Shown here piece by piece: positions 27,320-36,202 of a stretch of 64,000 nt of DNA. Source of the DNA: Bacilli bacterium (GTDB taxonomy: Bacteria > Bacillota_I > Bacilli_A > RF39 > UBA660); the NCBI GenBank assembly GCA_017406955.1, contig JAFQXM010000007.1, positions 144,729 through 208,728 of the forward strand, given 5' to 3'. The number at the start of each line of letters is the position of its first letter. The stretch's first letter is position 1. A model generated the notes under the pieces. The model made no database searches and was not told where the DNA came from. It was given only the letters and a program-made list of their open reading frames with translations. Both the position numbers and the translations under genes were made by a program.

Positions 27320-28618
27320 TTATAACATGTTTTTATTTTTCTTTGTCTTTTTGTATTTATGATTTCTATATATTGGAACTAACCTCTTAAATATAAAATA
27401 TATTAACTTATTAGTAACATAAGTAAATTCTCCAATAAACTCTACATAATCTCCACCAAACTTCTTCTTAAACTCATGTACACCAAGTCTAGGATTATCT
27501 TTAGAAAAATCACCAATCGCACCAAACTGATCATATATATCTAATTTCTCATTCTTAGCGTATTTTATATGTTCAAAATAAGTATGATAATTAACATAAG
27601 TTTCAGTTAGTATATTATGATTACCCGCAAATAAGACCCATGCTTTATTACCGTATTGAACTATAAAATGAGCACTTAAAGTTAAATTATTTCCATATTT
27701 ATCTTTGTATTCTTTAAATTTTATAATTTCACTTTGTAGATGTTCTTTTTGTTTAGTTAATTCTTTTAATTTGTTTTTTGCGCTCTTACTTAAATTATCA
27801 ATAGGAAGTATTGATATTTGATTACTAACTCTTTTTAAGTCTTTACTAAGAGTTTTAATAGTTTTATCTAAATTAACTTTACCTAAAAATAAAATAGCTT
27901 TAGTATTTTTATTGCCATTAAATACATCATATAAAGTTTCATAATAATCTTCGTCATAAGAGATAAAATCTTTTCTAACCTCAGTTAAAGACATTAAATT
28001 ATTAAAAGTTTTTATATCTTTTTTAGTACCTATCTCAACACTAGTATTTAATTTTTTAGACTTTTCTATACGTTTTTTAGTAGTTTTAGAAAAATGATTC
28101 TTAATATCTTCTATATCTTGTCCTAAATCAATTCTAAAAGAATATCTAGGTTGTCTAGTTTCAAAATTCTTAGTGAAACCTAAATGTTTATATCCTAAAT
28201 CTTTAAGATTATTAAATATTTTTTTATAATTATAATCTAGTTTTATTTGTTCATCTAAATAATTATATTTTTTAATTATAATATCAGGATCAATAACAAA
28301 GAAAATAGATTTTTTACTTTTAGTAAACTTAATAATTTCTCTAGTCATAATCTTAACTAATTTAGAGTCATTATAATCAATTATAAATCCTCTAGGAGAG
28401 TAGAAATAATAGTAATTTAGAAATACATATTTTTGTAGTAATAAACATGCCGCGACTATTTTATTATTACTATCTACAAGTCCTAAATAATAAGGAGTAA
28501 CATCTTTTTTAGCTTTACAGAATTCTCCCCATGAATAAGATTGTAAGAAATGCGATTTATTATGACTTTTTACAAAATTATCATATTTAGTTTTATCTAA
28601 AGTAATTAATTTATACAT
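27320..28618 (-). CDS. FemABX-family peptidoglycan aminoacyltransferase, paralog 1
   Basis: YYLGLVDSNNKIVAACLLL...FYSPRGFIIDYND. Start moved to MYKLITLD, which has SD gaggatga. Confidence 0.8.
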   Translation of the reverse strand: MYKLITLDKTKYDNFVKSHNKSHFLQSYSWGEFCKAKKDVTPYYLGLVDSNNKIVAACLLLQKYVFLNYYYFYSPRGFIIDYNDSKLVKIMTREIIKFTKSKKSIFFVIDPDIIIKKYNYLDEQIKLDYNYKKIFNNLKDLGYKHLGFTKNFETRQPRYSFRIDLGQDIEDIKNHFSKTTKKRIEKSKKLNTSVEIGTKKDIKTFNNLMSLTEVRKDFISYDEDYYETLYDVFNGNKNTKAILFLGKVNLDKTIKTLSKDLKRVSNQISILPIDNLSKSAKNKLKELTKQKEHLQSEIIKFKEYKDKYGNNLTLSAHFIVQYGNKAWVLFAGNHNILTETYVNYHTYFEHIKYAKNEKLDIYDQFGAIGDFSKDNPRLGVHEFKKKFGGDYVEFIGEFTYVTNKLIYFIFKRLVPIYRNHKYKKTKKNKNML

Positions 28619-28684
28619 ATAAATCATCCTCATTATTAGTATACCACAATCTATTTACTTCAACAAAAAAAGAACATAAAGTTC

Positions 28685-28867
28685 TTAAAGCATATATAAT
28701 CCATCATCTTTTTTTAAATAATTATCTTTCTTATTCTCTTCTAAAGCTTTAACTTTTTCTTCTAAATCTTTAATTCTTTTATTAATTATTATAATTTGTC
28801 TTTCTATGTTTTCATTATTCATAGGTATATATGGATATGGTATATATGGTACTTGGAAGTTATTCAT
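28685..28867 (-). CDS. Small protein (60 aa) with YIPYPYIP motif and coiled-coil tail
   Basis: AAGGAG SD 7 nt upstream of MNNFQVPYIPYPYIP. Confidence 0.4.
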   Translation of the reverse strand: MNNFQVPYIPYPYIPMNNENIERQIIIINKRIKDLEEKVKALEENKKDNYLKKDDGLYML

Positions 28868-28944
28868 ACTATTCTCCTTTACTGTCATTTTATTATATGA
28901 GATAGATTTAAATTATGTTAAAATATAGATATAAGGAGATTTAT

Positions 28945-29586
28945 ATGAGACTTAGAAATGTCAAAAATAAAGAAGAAATTTTAAATAATTCTAAATACTT
29001 AGTAAAAGACTATAATAAATATTTTGGTAAGTGGAAAACTTTATTCAAAAATAATAATCCTATATACATAGAAATAGGTATGGGTAAAGGTAAATTTATA
29101 AGAGAAAACGCAATTAAATATCCTAATATTAATTTTATAGGTATAGAAAAATATGACAGTGTAGTTGCGAAATGTTTACCTAAAATAGAAGGTGATATTA
29201 ATAATCTATTAATTATTAGAATGGATGCATTAGATATTGATAAAGTATTTGATCATGAAATAGATAGAATTTATTTAAACTTTTCTGATCCTTGGCCAAA
29301 AAAAAGACATCATTTGCGTAGACTTTCTAGTAAAGTGTTTTTAGATAAATATAATAATATATTTAAGAATAATAAAGAAATACATATGAGAACAGATAAT
29401 AAAGAATTATTCGAATATTCATTAATATCTTTATCCAAGAAAGGATATATATTAGAAGATGTTAGCCTAGACTTACATAGTAAAAATGAAGAAATAATAA
29501 CTACTGAATATGAAGATAAATTTTCATCACTTGGCATGCCTATATATAGTTTAAAAGCTATTAAAAGTGTCAAAAATAATAAATAG
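28945..29586 (+). CDS. trmB: tRNA (guanine46-N7)-methyltransferase
   Basis: IEIGMGKGKF SAM motif, FSDPWPKKRHHLRRL; AAGGAG SD before MRLRN. Confidence 0.85.
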   Translation: MRLRNVKNKEEILNNSKYLVKDYNKYFGKWKTLFKNNNPIYIEIGMGKGKFIRENAIKYPNINFIGIEKYDSVVAKCLPKIEGDINNLLIIRMDALDIDKVFDHEIDRIYLNFSDPWPKKRHHLRRLSSKVFLDKYNNIFKNNKEIHMRTDNKELFEYSLISLSKKGYILEDVSLDLHSKNEEIITTEYEDKFSSLGMPIYSLKAIKSVKNNK

Positions 29587-29649
29587 TAGTAAAATATTTT
29601 TCAATTTATAAAAAATCTGATATAATGAAAGAAGAAGAGTAGGTGAATT

Positions 29650-30309
29650 ATGAAAAAAATAGTTGTATTACTCTCTAGTGTATTAATTTTAGTATCTGGT
29701 TGTAGTATATATACATTAAGTGATTCTAATATATCAAAAAATATAAATACAATATTATCTAGTAAAACTAATTTAAATAATGTTAGTTTTGAAGGGTATA
29801 AGTATTATGTTCCGAAAGGATTAAAATTTATAAATAAGAATGACTATAACGCATTACTTAAAGATAAAAATAATAATACTTATTATTTCTATATTGATGT
29901 AATTAGTTATTACAATAATATAAAGAATAATTACAAAGTAAATAAAAAAGCATATTATTCTAAAAAACTAAATTATAATAATAAAAATGGGTATATAGAA
30001 ATAAATAAAGTAAAAAACAAATATTTTATAGAATTTGTATTTAATTATAGTAAAGTAGAAGCATATGTATCTAAGAAAGATTTAATACCTACTATTAATA
30101 ATATCTGTTATTTAGTTAAATCAGTTAAATATAATGATAAAGTACTAAGTAGTATAGTAGGTGAAAACGTATTAGATTATAAGGAAGAGGATTTTAATAT
30201 CTTTAATTCTAAATCTAATGATAATGATTTCTTAGAATATGTTAAAGAATATGATAGTAAGAAAAAAAATACTGATGAAGAAACAATAGATGTAAATAAT
30301 GAAGATTAG
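29650..30309 (+). CDS. Lipoprotein, function unknown
   Basis: Lipobox LVSGC after signal peptide MKKIVVLLSSVLI. Confidence 0.55.
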   Translation: MKKIVVLLSSVLILVSGCSIYTLSDSNISKNINTILSSKTNLNNVSFEGYKYYVPKGLKFINKNDYNALLKDKNNNTYYFYIDVISYYNNIKNNYKVNKKAYYSKKLNYNNKNGYIEINKVKNKYFIEFVFNYSKVEAYVSKKDLIPTINNICYLVKSVKYNDKVLSSIVGENVLDYKEEDFNIFNSKSNDNDFLEYVKEYDSKKKNTDEETIDVNNED

Positions 30310-30324
30310 TTAAGAGGTGAACAT

Positions 30325-31284
30325 ATGGGTGTTTTTGAGAAACTAAAGAATGCTCTTTTTGAAGAAGAATATGTAGAAGTAGAAGAAAAGACAAAAAAGG
30401 AAAAACCAAAAAGAGAAAAATCAAAGAAGAAAAATAATAAAGAAGAAAGTCCTATAGCTAAGAAAGTGGTTATACCAGATAAAAAAGAAGAAGTTGAAGA
30501 GATTGATCCAGTGGTTGAAAAACCATTAGATGAAGATTTTGATGTAGAACCACTTACACATACTGAAGATCATAGATTTAATTTTCCAATAGTAGATGAT
30601 ACAGAGTTTGAAGAAAACAAAGATTATTCTTTTGAAGAAGAAAAAGAACCAGAATTGATTAAACCAGATGAAGAGGAAGAAATTAAGCCTTTATATACTC
30701 ATGATAAAGAAAAGCATAACTTATATGGTATTGATGAAAGTAATACTATAAATGTTATGGATTATGGCAGTTATGAACAAGAAAAAAAGGTGTTTAGGCC
30801 TTCACCAATTATTTCACCAATTTATGGAGTTTTAGATAAAAATTATAAAAAGGAAGAAATAGTTAATAAAAAAGAAGTTAGACTGACTAGTAGTTATGCG
30901 AAAGAAAACTTATCTGTAGATGATGTTAGAAATAAAGCTTATGGAGCTTCTGTTGAAGAAGAAAAACCAAAGCATGTATCAAAAGAAGTAGAAGAACAAG
31001 ACGATTTATTAGTAGATTTAAGTTCAAATAGTGATAAGCCAGAAGTAAAAGAAATTACTGTTGGTGATGCAGAAGAATATTTTAATGATTTAGGGTTAGA
31101 ATATAATAATGATTATAAAGATGTTAGTAAAGAAAAGGCAACAGGAAGAAGAGCAAAGAAGGAAGAAGTAAAAGAAGATAAATCAGCAGAAAAACAAGAA
31201 GAAGTAAAAGAAACAAAAGAAGAAAATAGTGATGATAATTTATTTGATCTAATAGATTCTATGTATGATGAAAATAATGAATAA
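30325..31284 (+). CDS. Highly acidic Glu/Lys-rich protein with SepF-like N-terminal amphipathic helix
   Basis: MGVFEKLKNALFEEEYVEVEE resembles the membrane-targeting N-terminus of SepF but no SepF core domain is present. Central FRPSPIISPIYG motif. Confidence 0.5.
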   Translation: MGVFEKLKNALFEEEYVEVEEKTKKEKPKREKSKKKNNKEESPIAKKVVIPDKKEEVEEIDPVVEKPLDEDFDVEPLTHTEDHRFNFPIVDDTEFEENKDYSFEEEKEPELIKPDEEEEIKPLYTHDKEKHNLYGIDESNTINVMDYGSYEQEKKVFRPSPIISPIYGVLDKNYKKEEIVNKKEVRLTSSYAKENLSVDDVRNKAYGASVEEEKPKHVSKEVEEQDDLLVDLSSNSDKPEVKEITVGDAEEYFNDLGLEYNNDYKDVSKEKATGRRAKKEEVKEDKSAEKQEEVKETKEENSDDNLFDLIDSMYDENNE

Positions 31285-31297
31285 AGAGGTGTAGTTT

Positions 31298-31600
31298 ATG
31301 GAAGCATTAAATATTACATTATCAGTGTTATTATCTATATTTGGTATCATATTATTAATAGTATTAATTATTTTAGGAATAAGATTAATTCAAGTAATTA
31401 ATAAAGTTGATAAAGCAGTAGATGATACAATTGAAAAAGTTAATGCCTTTAATGATGCATTAAATATAGTAACAAAAGCTGCATATGCGATAAACAAAGT
31501 AGGAGATAAGGCAATTAATGGCATAGCAAATACTGTTTCTAAAGTATTTAATAAAAAAGATAAAGAAAATGAAGATGAGGAGGAAGATTATTATGAGTAA
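31298..31600 (+). CDS. DUF948 (YtxG-like) membrane protein
   Basis: N-terminal TM followed by a coiled-coil region; gene pair with the downstream YtxH-like gene, as in the B. subtilis ytxGH operon. Confidence 0.55.
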   Translation: MEALNITLSVLLSIFGIILLIVLIILGIRLIQVINKVDKAVDDTIEKVNAFNDALNIVTKAAYAINKVGDKAINGIANTVSKVFNKKDKENEDEEEDYYE

Positions 31601-32000
31601 AAAGAAATCAAAATTAGGTTTTCTTGCAGGAATAGGTTTAGGTGCAGGATTAGGAGTTTTATTTGCTCCTAAAAAAGGAAGTGAAACAAGAGCTGAACTA
31701 AAAGCTAAGTTAATTGATTTTACTAAACAAATCAAAGAAATAGACGTAGAAGAAGTAAAAGAAGAGTTTAATAAGAAAGTAACTGAAATAAAAAAAGAAC
31801 TAAATGACTTAGATAAAGAAAAAGCTTTAAAGATTGCGAAACAAAAAGGAAAAGACTTAGCTAAGAAATCTCAAGAGTTAGTAGATTTAGCCATAGAAAA
31901 AGGAACACCTATATTAAGAGATGCTGCTGAAGAATTAAAAGAAAAAGTTTTAGTTGTATCTAAAGAAGTAGTTAAAAAATTAGAAAAAGAAGATAAATAG
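31593..32000 (+). CDS. YtxH-like general stress protein
   Basis: MSKKKSKLGFLAGIGLGAGLGVLFAPKKGSETRAELK is the hallmark YtxH N-terminus. GAGGAGGA SD. Confidence 0.65.
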   Translation: MSKKKSKLGFLAGIGLGAGLGVLFAPKKGSETRAELKAKLIDFTKQIKEIDVEEVKEEFNKKVTEIKKELNDLDKEKALKIAKQKGKDLAKKSQELVDLAIEKGTPILRDAAEELKEKVLVVSKEVVKKLEKEDK

Positions 32001-32039
32001 TCTTCTTTTTTTTAATAATTTATGTTATATTAAACATAT

Positions 32040-32252
32040 AAATTTTCTGTGATTAATAAATTAGTAATAATAGTTATTTAATATAAGAGATTTAGTGGTT
32101 GGTGAAAACTAAAAAATAATTATCTATGAAATACAATATTAGGAGAAAATTCGTTTATCGCGTTAAGATATTAGAGAGTATAAGTTTTACTTATAAATTA
32201 AGGTGGTACCGCGAACTATTCGTCCTTATTGGAGGGGTAGTTTTTATTTTTA
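32040..32252 (+). promoter_or_regulatory. T-box riboswitch leader, Tyr-specific
   Basis: The same 20-mer T-box sequence, aattaaggtggtaccgcgaa (32197-32216). Candidate specifier ...gaaaUACaa (32132-32134). Terminator acuauucgucc/uuauu/ggagggguagu followed by a T-run. Confidence 0.75.
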
Positions 32253-32264
32253 GGAGGTTTATTT

Positions 32265-33497
32265 ATGAATTTATATGAAGATTTAAAATGGAGAGGTTTA
32301 ATAAAAGATGTTGCAGGAGAAGATTTAGAAGATAAATTAAATAATGAAAAGATTACTTTTTATTGGGGAACAGATCCTACTGCAGATAGCTTACACATAG
32401 GACATTACTCTAGCTTAGTAACAGCCAAAAGATTAGCTAAAGCTGGACATAAACCTATTTTACTATGTGGAGGGGCTACTGGTCTTATCGGAGATCCAAG
32501 ACCAACCGCAGAACGTGAAATTATTTCTAAAGAGACTTTAAATAAGAACTTAGAAGGTATATCAAAACAAGTATCAGAAATATTTGATGGTAAAGCAGAA
32601 GTTGTTAATAATTATGATTGGTTTAAAGGCTATGAGTTTATAGACTTTTTAAGAGATGCAGGTAAATATATTAATGTTAATTATATGTTAGATAAAGACA
32701 TAATTAAAAGAAGGCTAGAAACAGGTATTACATTTGCAGAATTTGCATATACTCTAATACAAGGTTATGACTTTTTATGGTTATATAAGAATAAAAACTG
32801 TATTATGCAAGTAGAAGGTTCTGATCAATGGGGTAATATTACTACTGGTATTGAACTAATTAGAAAAAAATTAGATAAACAAGCATATGCTTTCACCATG
32901 CCATTAGTAGTAGATAAATATGGTAATAAATTTGGTAAAAGTGAAGGTAATGCCCTATGGTTAGATAGAAATAAAACATCTAGTTATGAACTATATCAAT
33001 TTTTAATTAATGTAGACGACGAAATGGTAATTGATTATTTAAAAATATTTACATTCTTAACTAAAGAAGAAATAGAGACATTAGAAAAATCTAATAATGA
33101 AAATCCACATCTAAGAGAAGCTCATAAAGCTTTAGCTAAAGAAATAATTACTGATTTACATGGTGAAGAAGCATATCTTGAAGCAGTTAAGATAAGTGAA
33201 TCTTTATTTAAAGGAAATATTAAAGACTTAACAGTAAAACAAATAGAAGATGCATTTAAAGGAATAGAACCATTTAAAATTAATGAAGATAAATTATTAT
33301 TAGATATATTAGTAGATAATAAAATATGCTCTAGTAAGAGAGAAGCTAGAGAGTTTATAAGTAATAATTCTATTAGTTTTAATGGTGAAAAAGTAACAGA
33401 TTTAGACTTTCTTGTTACTAAAAATGTATTAATAGGACAAAAATATATAGTTATAAGAAGAGGTAAAAAGAAATATTATATAGGAATTTATGAATAG
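32265..33497 (+). CDS. tyrS: Tyrosine--tRNA ligase
   Basis: HIGHY (HIGH motif), KFGKS (KMSKS motif), C-terminal S4-like domain. Confidence 0.95.
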   Translation: MNLYEDLKWRGLIKDVAGEDLEDKLNNEKITFYWGTDPTADSLHIGHYSSLVTAKRLAKAGHKPILLCGGATGLIGDPRPTAEREIISKETLNKNLEGISKQVSEIFDGKAEVVNNYDWFKGYEFIDFLRDAGKYINVNYMLDKDIIKRRLETGITFAEFAYTLIQGYDFLWLYKNKNCIMQVEGSDQWGNITTGIELIRKKLDKQAYAFTMPLVVDKYGNKFGKSEGNALWLDRNKTSSYELYQFLINVDDEMVIDYLKIFTFLTKEEIETLEKSNNENPHLREAHKALAKEIITDLHGEEAYLEAVKISESLFKGNIKDLTVKQIEDAFKGIEPFKINEDKLLLDILVDNKICSSKREAREFISNNSISFNGEKVTDLDFLVTKNVLIGQKYIVIRRGKKKYYIGIYE

Positions 33498-33537
33498 TAT
33501 AAGATTACTTCTTTTTATTCATTAAGGAGTTAGATAT

Positions 33538-34746
33538 ATGAAAAAAAGAAGAAAAAAGAAACAAAATAAAAATAATAAAACTTTAAAGATTATTAGAATA
33601 ATATCTTTAGTGTGTGTTTTTATACTATGTTTAGAATTTAGTTATTTAGTTATTAGACATTATTTTAATAATAATAAAAAACAATACTTTAATGGTACTA
33701 ATGATTATATATATGTAGATAATAATTATATAACTATTGGTAGTGATAATAATAATGATAAAATGTTAGAAAAAGCTAAAATATCTAAATACAACGAAAA
33801 AAAAGAAGAAGAGTGGACAGAAATCTATAATAAATCTAATACTAGTTCTTATCTAGGAGTAGATATTGATAATGAAGATAATATACTAGTAGTAGGTAAT
33901 TATACTAATAAAAAGAATTCTAAAAAAGCCTTACTAATTAAATATAATAAAGATGGAGAAGTACTATTAGAAAAAAATTATAAGGAACTTGATAATACAG
34001 AATTTACTAATATCAAAGTAGTAGAAGATGGTTATATAGTTACAGGTACTACTATATATGATGAAAAAACATTAGGTAATAAACCAGGTGGAGCTTTATT
34101 AATTAAATATGATAAAGAAGGAAAATTAGTTTGGAAACAAAATTTCGGAAATAATAAAAATGCTATTTATAATGATTTATTAGTATATAATAATTATATT
34201 TATACAGTAGGAAAGTACTCTAATAATGTTGGGATAGTTTCCAAATACAGTTTAGATGGAGAATTAATTTCATATGAAACATTTAATAATATAGATGAAT
34301 TTGGTTTTACAGGTATTACAATAAATAATGATAATTTAGTAATTAGTGGTGGTAAAGTTAATAATTCTTCAAATACTGATGGAGTATTAATTAAATTAGA
34401 TTTAGATTGTGATTATATAGATCAAGTATTATATAAAGAAAAAACTAAAGATAGATTTAATAAAGTAATTACTGATAGTTATAATAATATAGTAGTTATT
34501 GGTTCTAGAGCTGTTAATAATAAAAGAAATATTTATAATTATAAAGGACTTATAGGTAAATACAAAAGTAATTTAAAAAAGATAGATGTAATAGAATATG
34601 GAGATAATAAAGATGATCATTTTACTCAGATAAGAGAAGTGAATAATAATTATTTAGTTAGTGGATATTCATTATATAAAGAAGAAGGTTATTTATCTAA
34701 ATTTATTACTTATAGTGATGCCCTAAAAGTACTGGAGGTAAGATAA
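33538..34746 (+). CDS. Membrane-anchored protein with beta-propeller-like repeats, function unknown
   Basis: Lys-rich N-terminus plus TM segment. Recurring blade-like segments (GYIVTGTT, YIYTVGKYS, LVISGGKVN, VVIGSRAV, YLVSGYSLYKE). Confidence 0.5.
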   Translation: MKKRRKKKQNKNNKTLKIIRIISLVCVFILCLEFSYLVIRHYFNNNKKQYFNGTNDYIYVDNNYITIGSDNNNDKMLEKAKISKYNEKKEEEWTEIYNKSNTSSYLGVDIDNEDNILVVGNYTNKKNSKKALLIKYNKDGEVLLEKNYKELDNTEFTNIKVVEDGYIVTGTTIYDEKTLGNKPGGALLIKYDKEGKLVWKQNFGNNKNAIYNDLLVYNNYIYTVGKYSNNVGIVSKYSLDGELISYETFNNIDEFGFTGITINNDNLVISGGKVNNSSNTDGVLIKLDLDCDYIDQVLYKEKTKDRFNKVITDSYNNIVVIGSRAVNNKRNIYNYKGLIGKYKSNLKKIDVIEYGDNKDDHFTQIREVNNNYLVSGYSLYKEEGYLSKFITYSDALKVLEVR

Positions 34747-35282
34747 TGAATATAACTTTAGTAAGACATGGAGAAACTGATAATAATAAAAAAGGTATAA
34801 TGCAGGGTCTAAGTAATGAATTAATGAATGATAGAGGAAGAAGACAATGTAAGAAGTTAAGAGGAGAATTAAAAGATAAACATTTTGATATTTGTTATAT
34901 GTCTCCATTAGTTAGATGTGTAGAAACAGCTATGATACTAGTAGGAGATAGAGTACCTATAGTAAAAGATAGAAGACTAATAGAAAGAAATTTAGGAGAA
35001 CTTGAGGGTAAAAGTAGAGATTGTTATGATATAGATAAGTATTGGAACTATAAATTGAATTCTAACGATCAAGGAGTAGAACCTATACAAGATATAGAAA
35101 AAAGAGTAAAAAGCTTTTTAGGATATATATCCAATAAACAAGAACAAGATATTTTGATAGTTACACATGCTTCTGTTTTTAGAATGTTATATCATATCTT
35201 AAAGAACGAAGATTTATCCAAAAATTTAAAACATATTAAAGTAGATAATTGTGCTTATAAAGAGATAGAAACAAAAAAATAA
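34746..35282 (+). CDS. Histidine phosphatase family protein (phosphoglycerate mutase-like)
   Basis: LVRHGETDNN catalytic RHG motif. Confidence 0.75.
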   Translation: MNITLVRHGETDNNKKGIMQGLSNELMNDRGRRQCKKLRGELKDKHFDICYMSPLVRCVETAMILVGDRVPIVKDRRLIERNLGELEGKSRDCYDIDKYWNYKLNSNDQGVEPIQDIEKRVKSFLGYISNKQEQDILIVTHASVFRMLYHILKNEDLSKNLKHIKVDNCAYKEIETKK

Positions 35283-35304
35283 AGGTTTAAAACCTTTATT
35301 TTAT
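35279..35304. terminator. Bidirectional terminator between the phosphatase gene and rpsD
   Basis: aaaggttt/aa/aaccttt flanked by an A-run and a T-run. Confidence 0.5.
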
Positions 35305-35903
35305 TTGTTATAAAATTCAACTATTAATGATTCATTAATATCAGCATTAAGCTCATTTCTCTCTGGAAGTCTTACATAAGTACATTCCATCTTCTTCTCA
35401 TCATATTTAATAAATTCAACTCTTTTAGTAACCTTAGATAAACTTTCAGCCACTACTTTTAAGTTCTTATCTTTTTCTCTTAAAGAAATAACATCTCCAA
35501 CTTTAACTTGATATGAAGGAATATCAACTTTTTTACCATTAACAGTAACATGTCCATGGTTAACAAGTTGTCTTGCTCCACGTCTAGTTGAAGCAAATCC
35601 TGTACGATAAACTAAGTTATCTAAGCGAGATTCAAGTAATCTTAAGAAGTTAGTACCCTTAACACCTTTAATCTTTTCAGCTTTCTTAAAAGTATTTTTG
35701 AATTGTCTTTCATTAAGTCCATACATAAAACGTACTTTTTGTTTTTCTTTTAATTGTACCCCATAGTCAGATAATTTACCTCTACGGCTATTACCATGTT
35801 GACCAGGTCCATATGGGCGACGAGCTAATTCTTTTCCACTTTCAAGTAAAGAAAATCCAACACGACGAGCTTGTTTATAACTTGATCCAGTATATCTTGC
35901 CAT
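35301..35903 (-). CDS. rpsD: 30S ribosomal protein S4
   Basis: [19 protein letters not shown] and full-length S4 collinearity. Start moved to MARY; the ORF-track start lies upstream of the SD. Confidence 0.95.
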   Translation of the reverse strand: MARYTGSSYKQARRVGFSLLESGKELARRPYGPGQHGNSRRGKLSDYGVQLKEKQKVRFMYGLNERQFKNTFKKAEKIKGVKGTNFLRLLESRLDNLVYRTGFASTRRGARQLVNHGHVTVNGKKVDIPSYQVKVGDVISLREKDKNLKVVAESLSKVTKRVEFIKYDEKKMECTYVRLPERNELNADINESLIVEFYNK

Positions 35904-36202
35904 AATTTTCTCCTTTCTATAAATTATACACTTCACCCAATTGATTTAGTCATACTTTAGGGAGTTTTTCTTACTCTTTCGCGTAAACAGCAATTGTTAC
36001 TCAAATTACTTTGAAAAACACGTTAAAATATTCTAAATCTGCTGTTAAGTGAATTGCAGTATTAATTATATTAAAAAAACCTTTATATGTCAAGGATTAT
36101 AATAGATTAGAATAATGTTTTTCTTTTTATTTTCTAATTTTGTAGAAATTTGTCTACTAGTTGTGATAGAATATAATTAGGAGATAATCGGAGGTGAAGT
36201 AT

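Noticed and set aside
35904-36060. Possible S4-binding autoregulatory leader upstream of rpsD (minus strand).
   Set aside because: It is plausible by analogy with B. subtilis, but no recognisable pseudoknot or conserved block was identified by eye.
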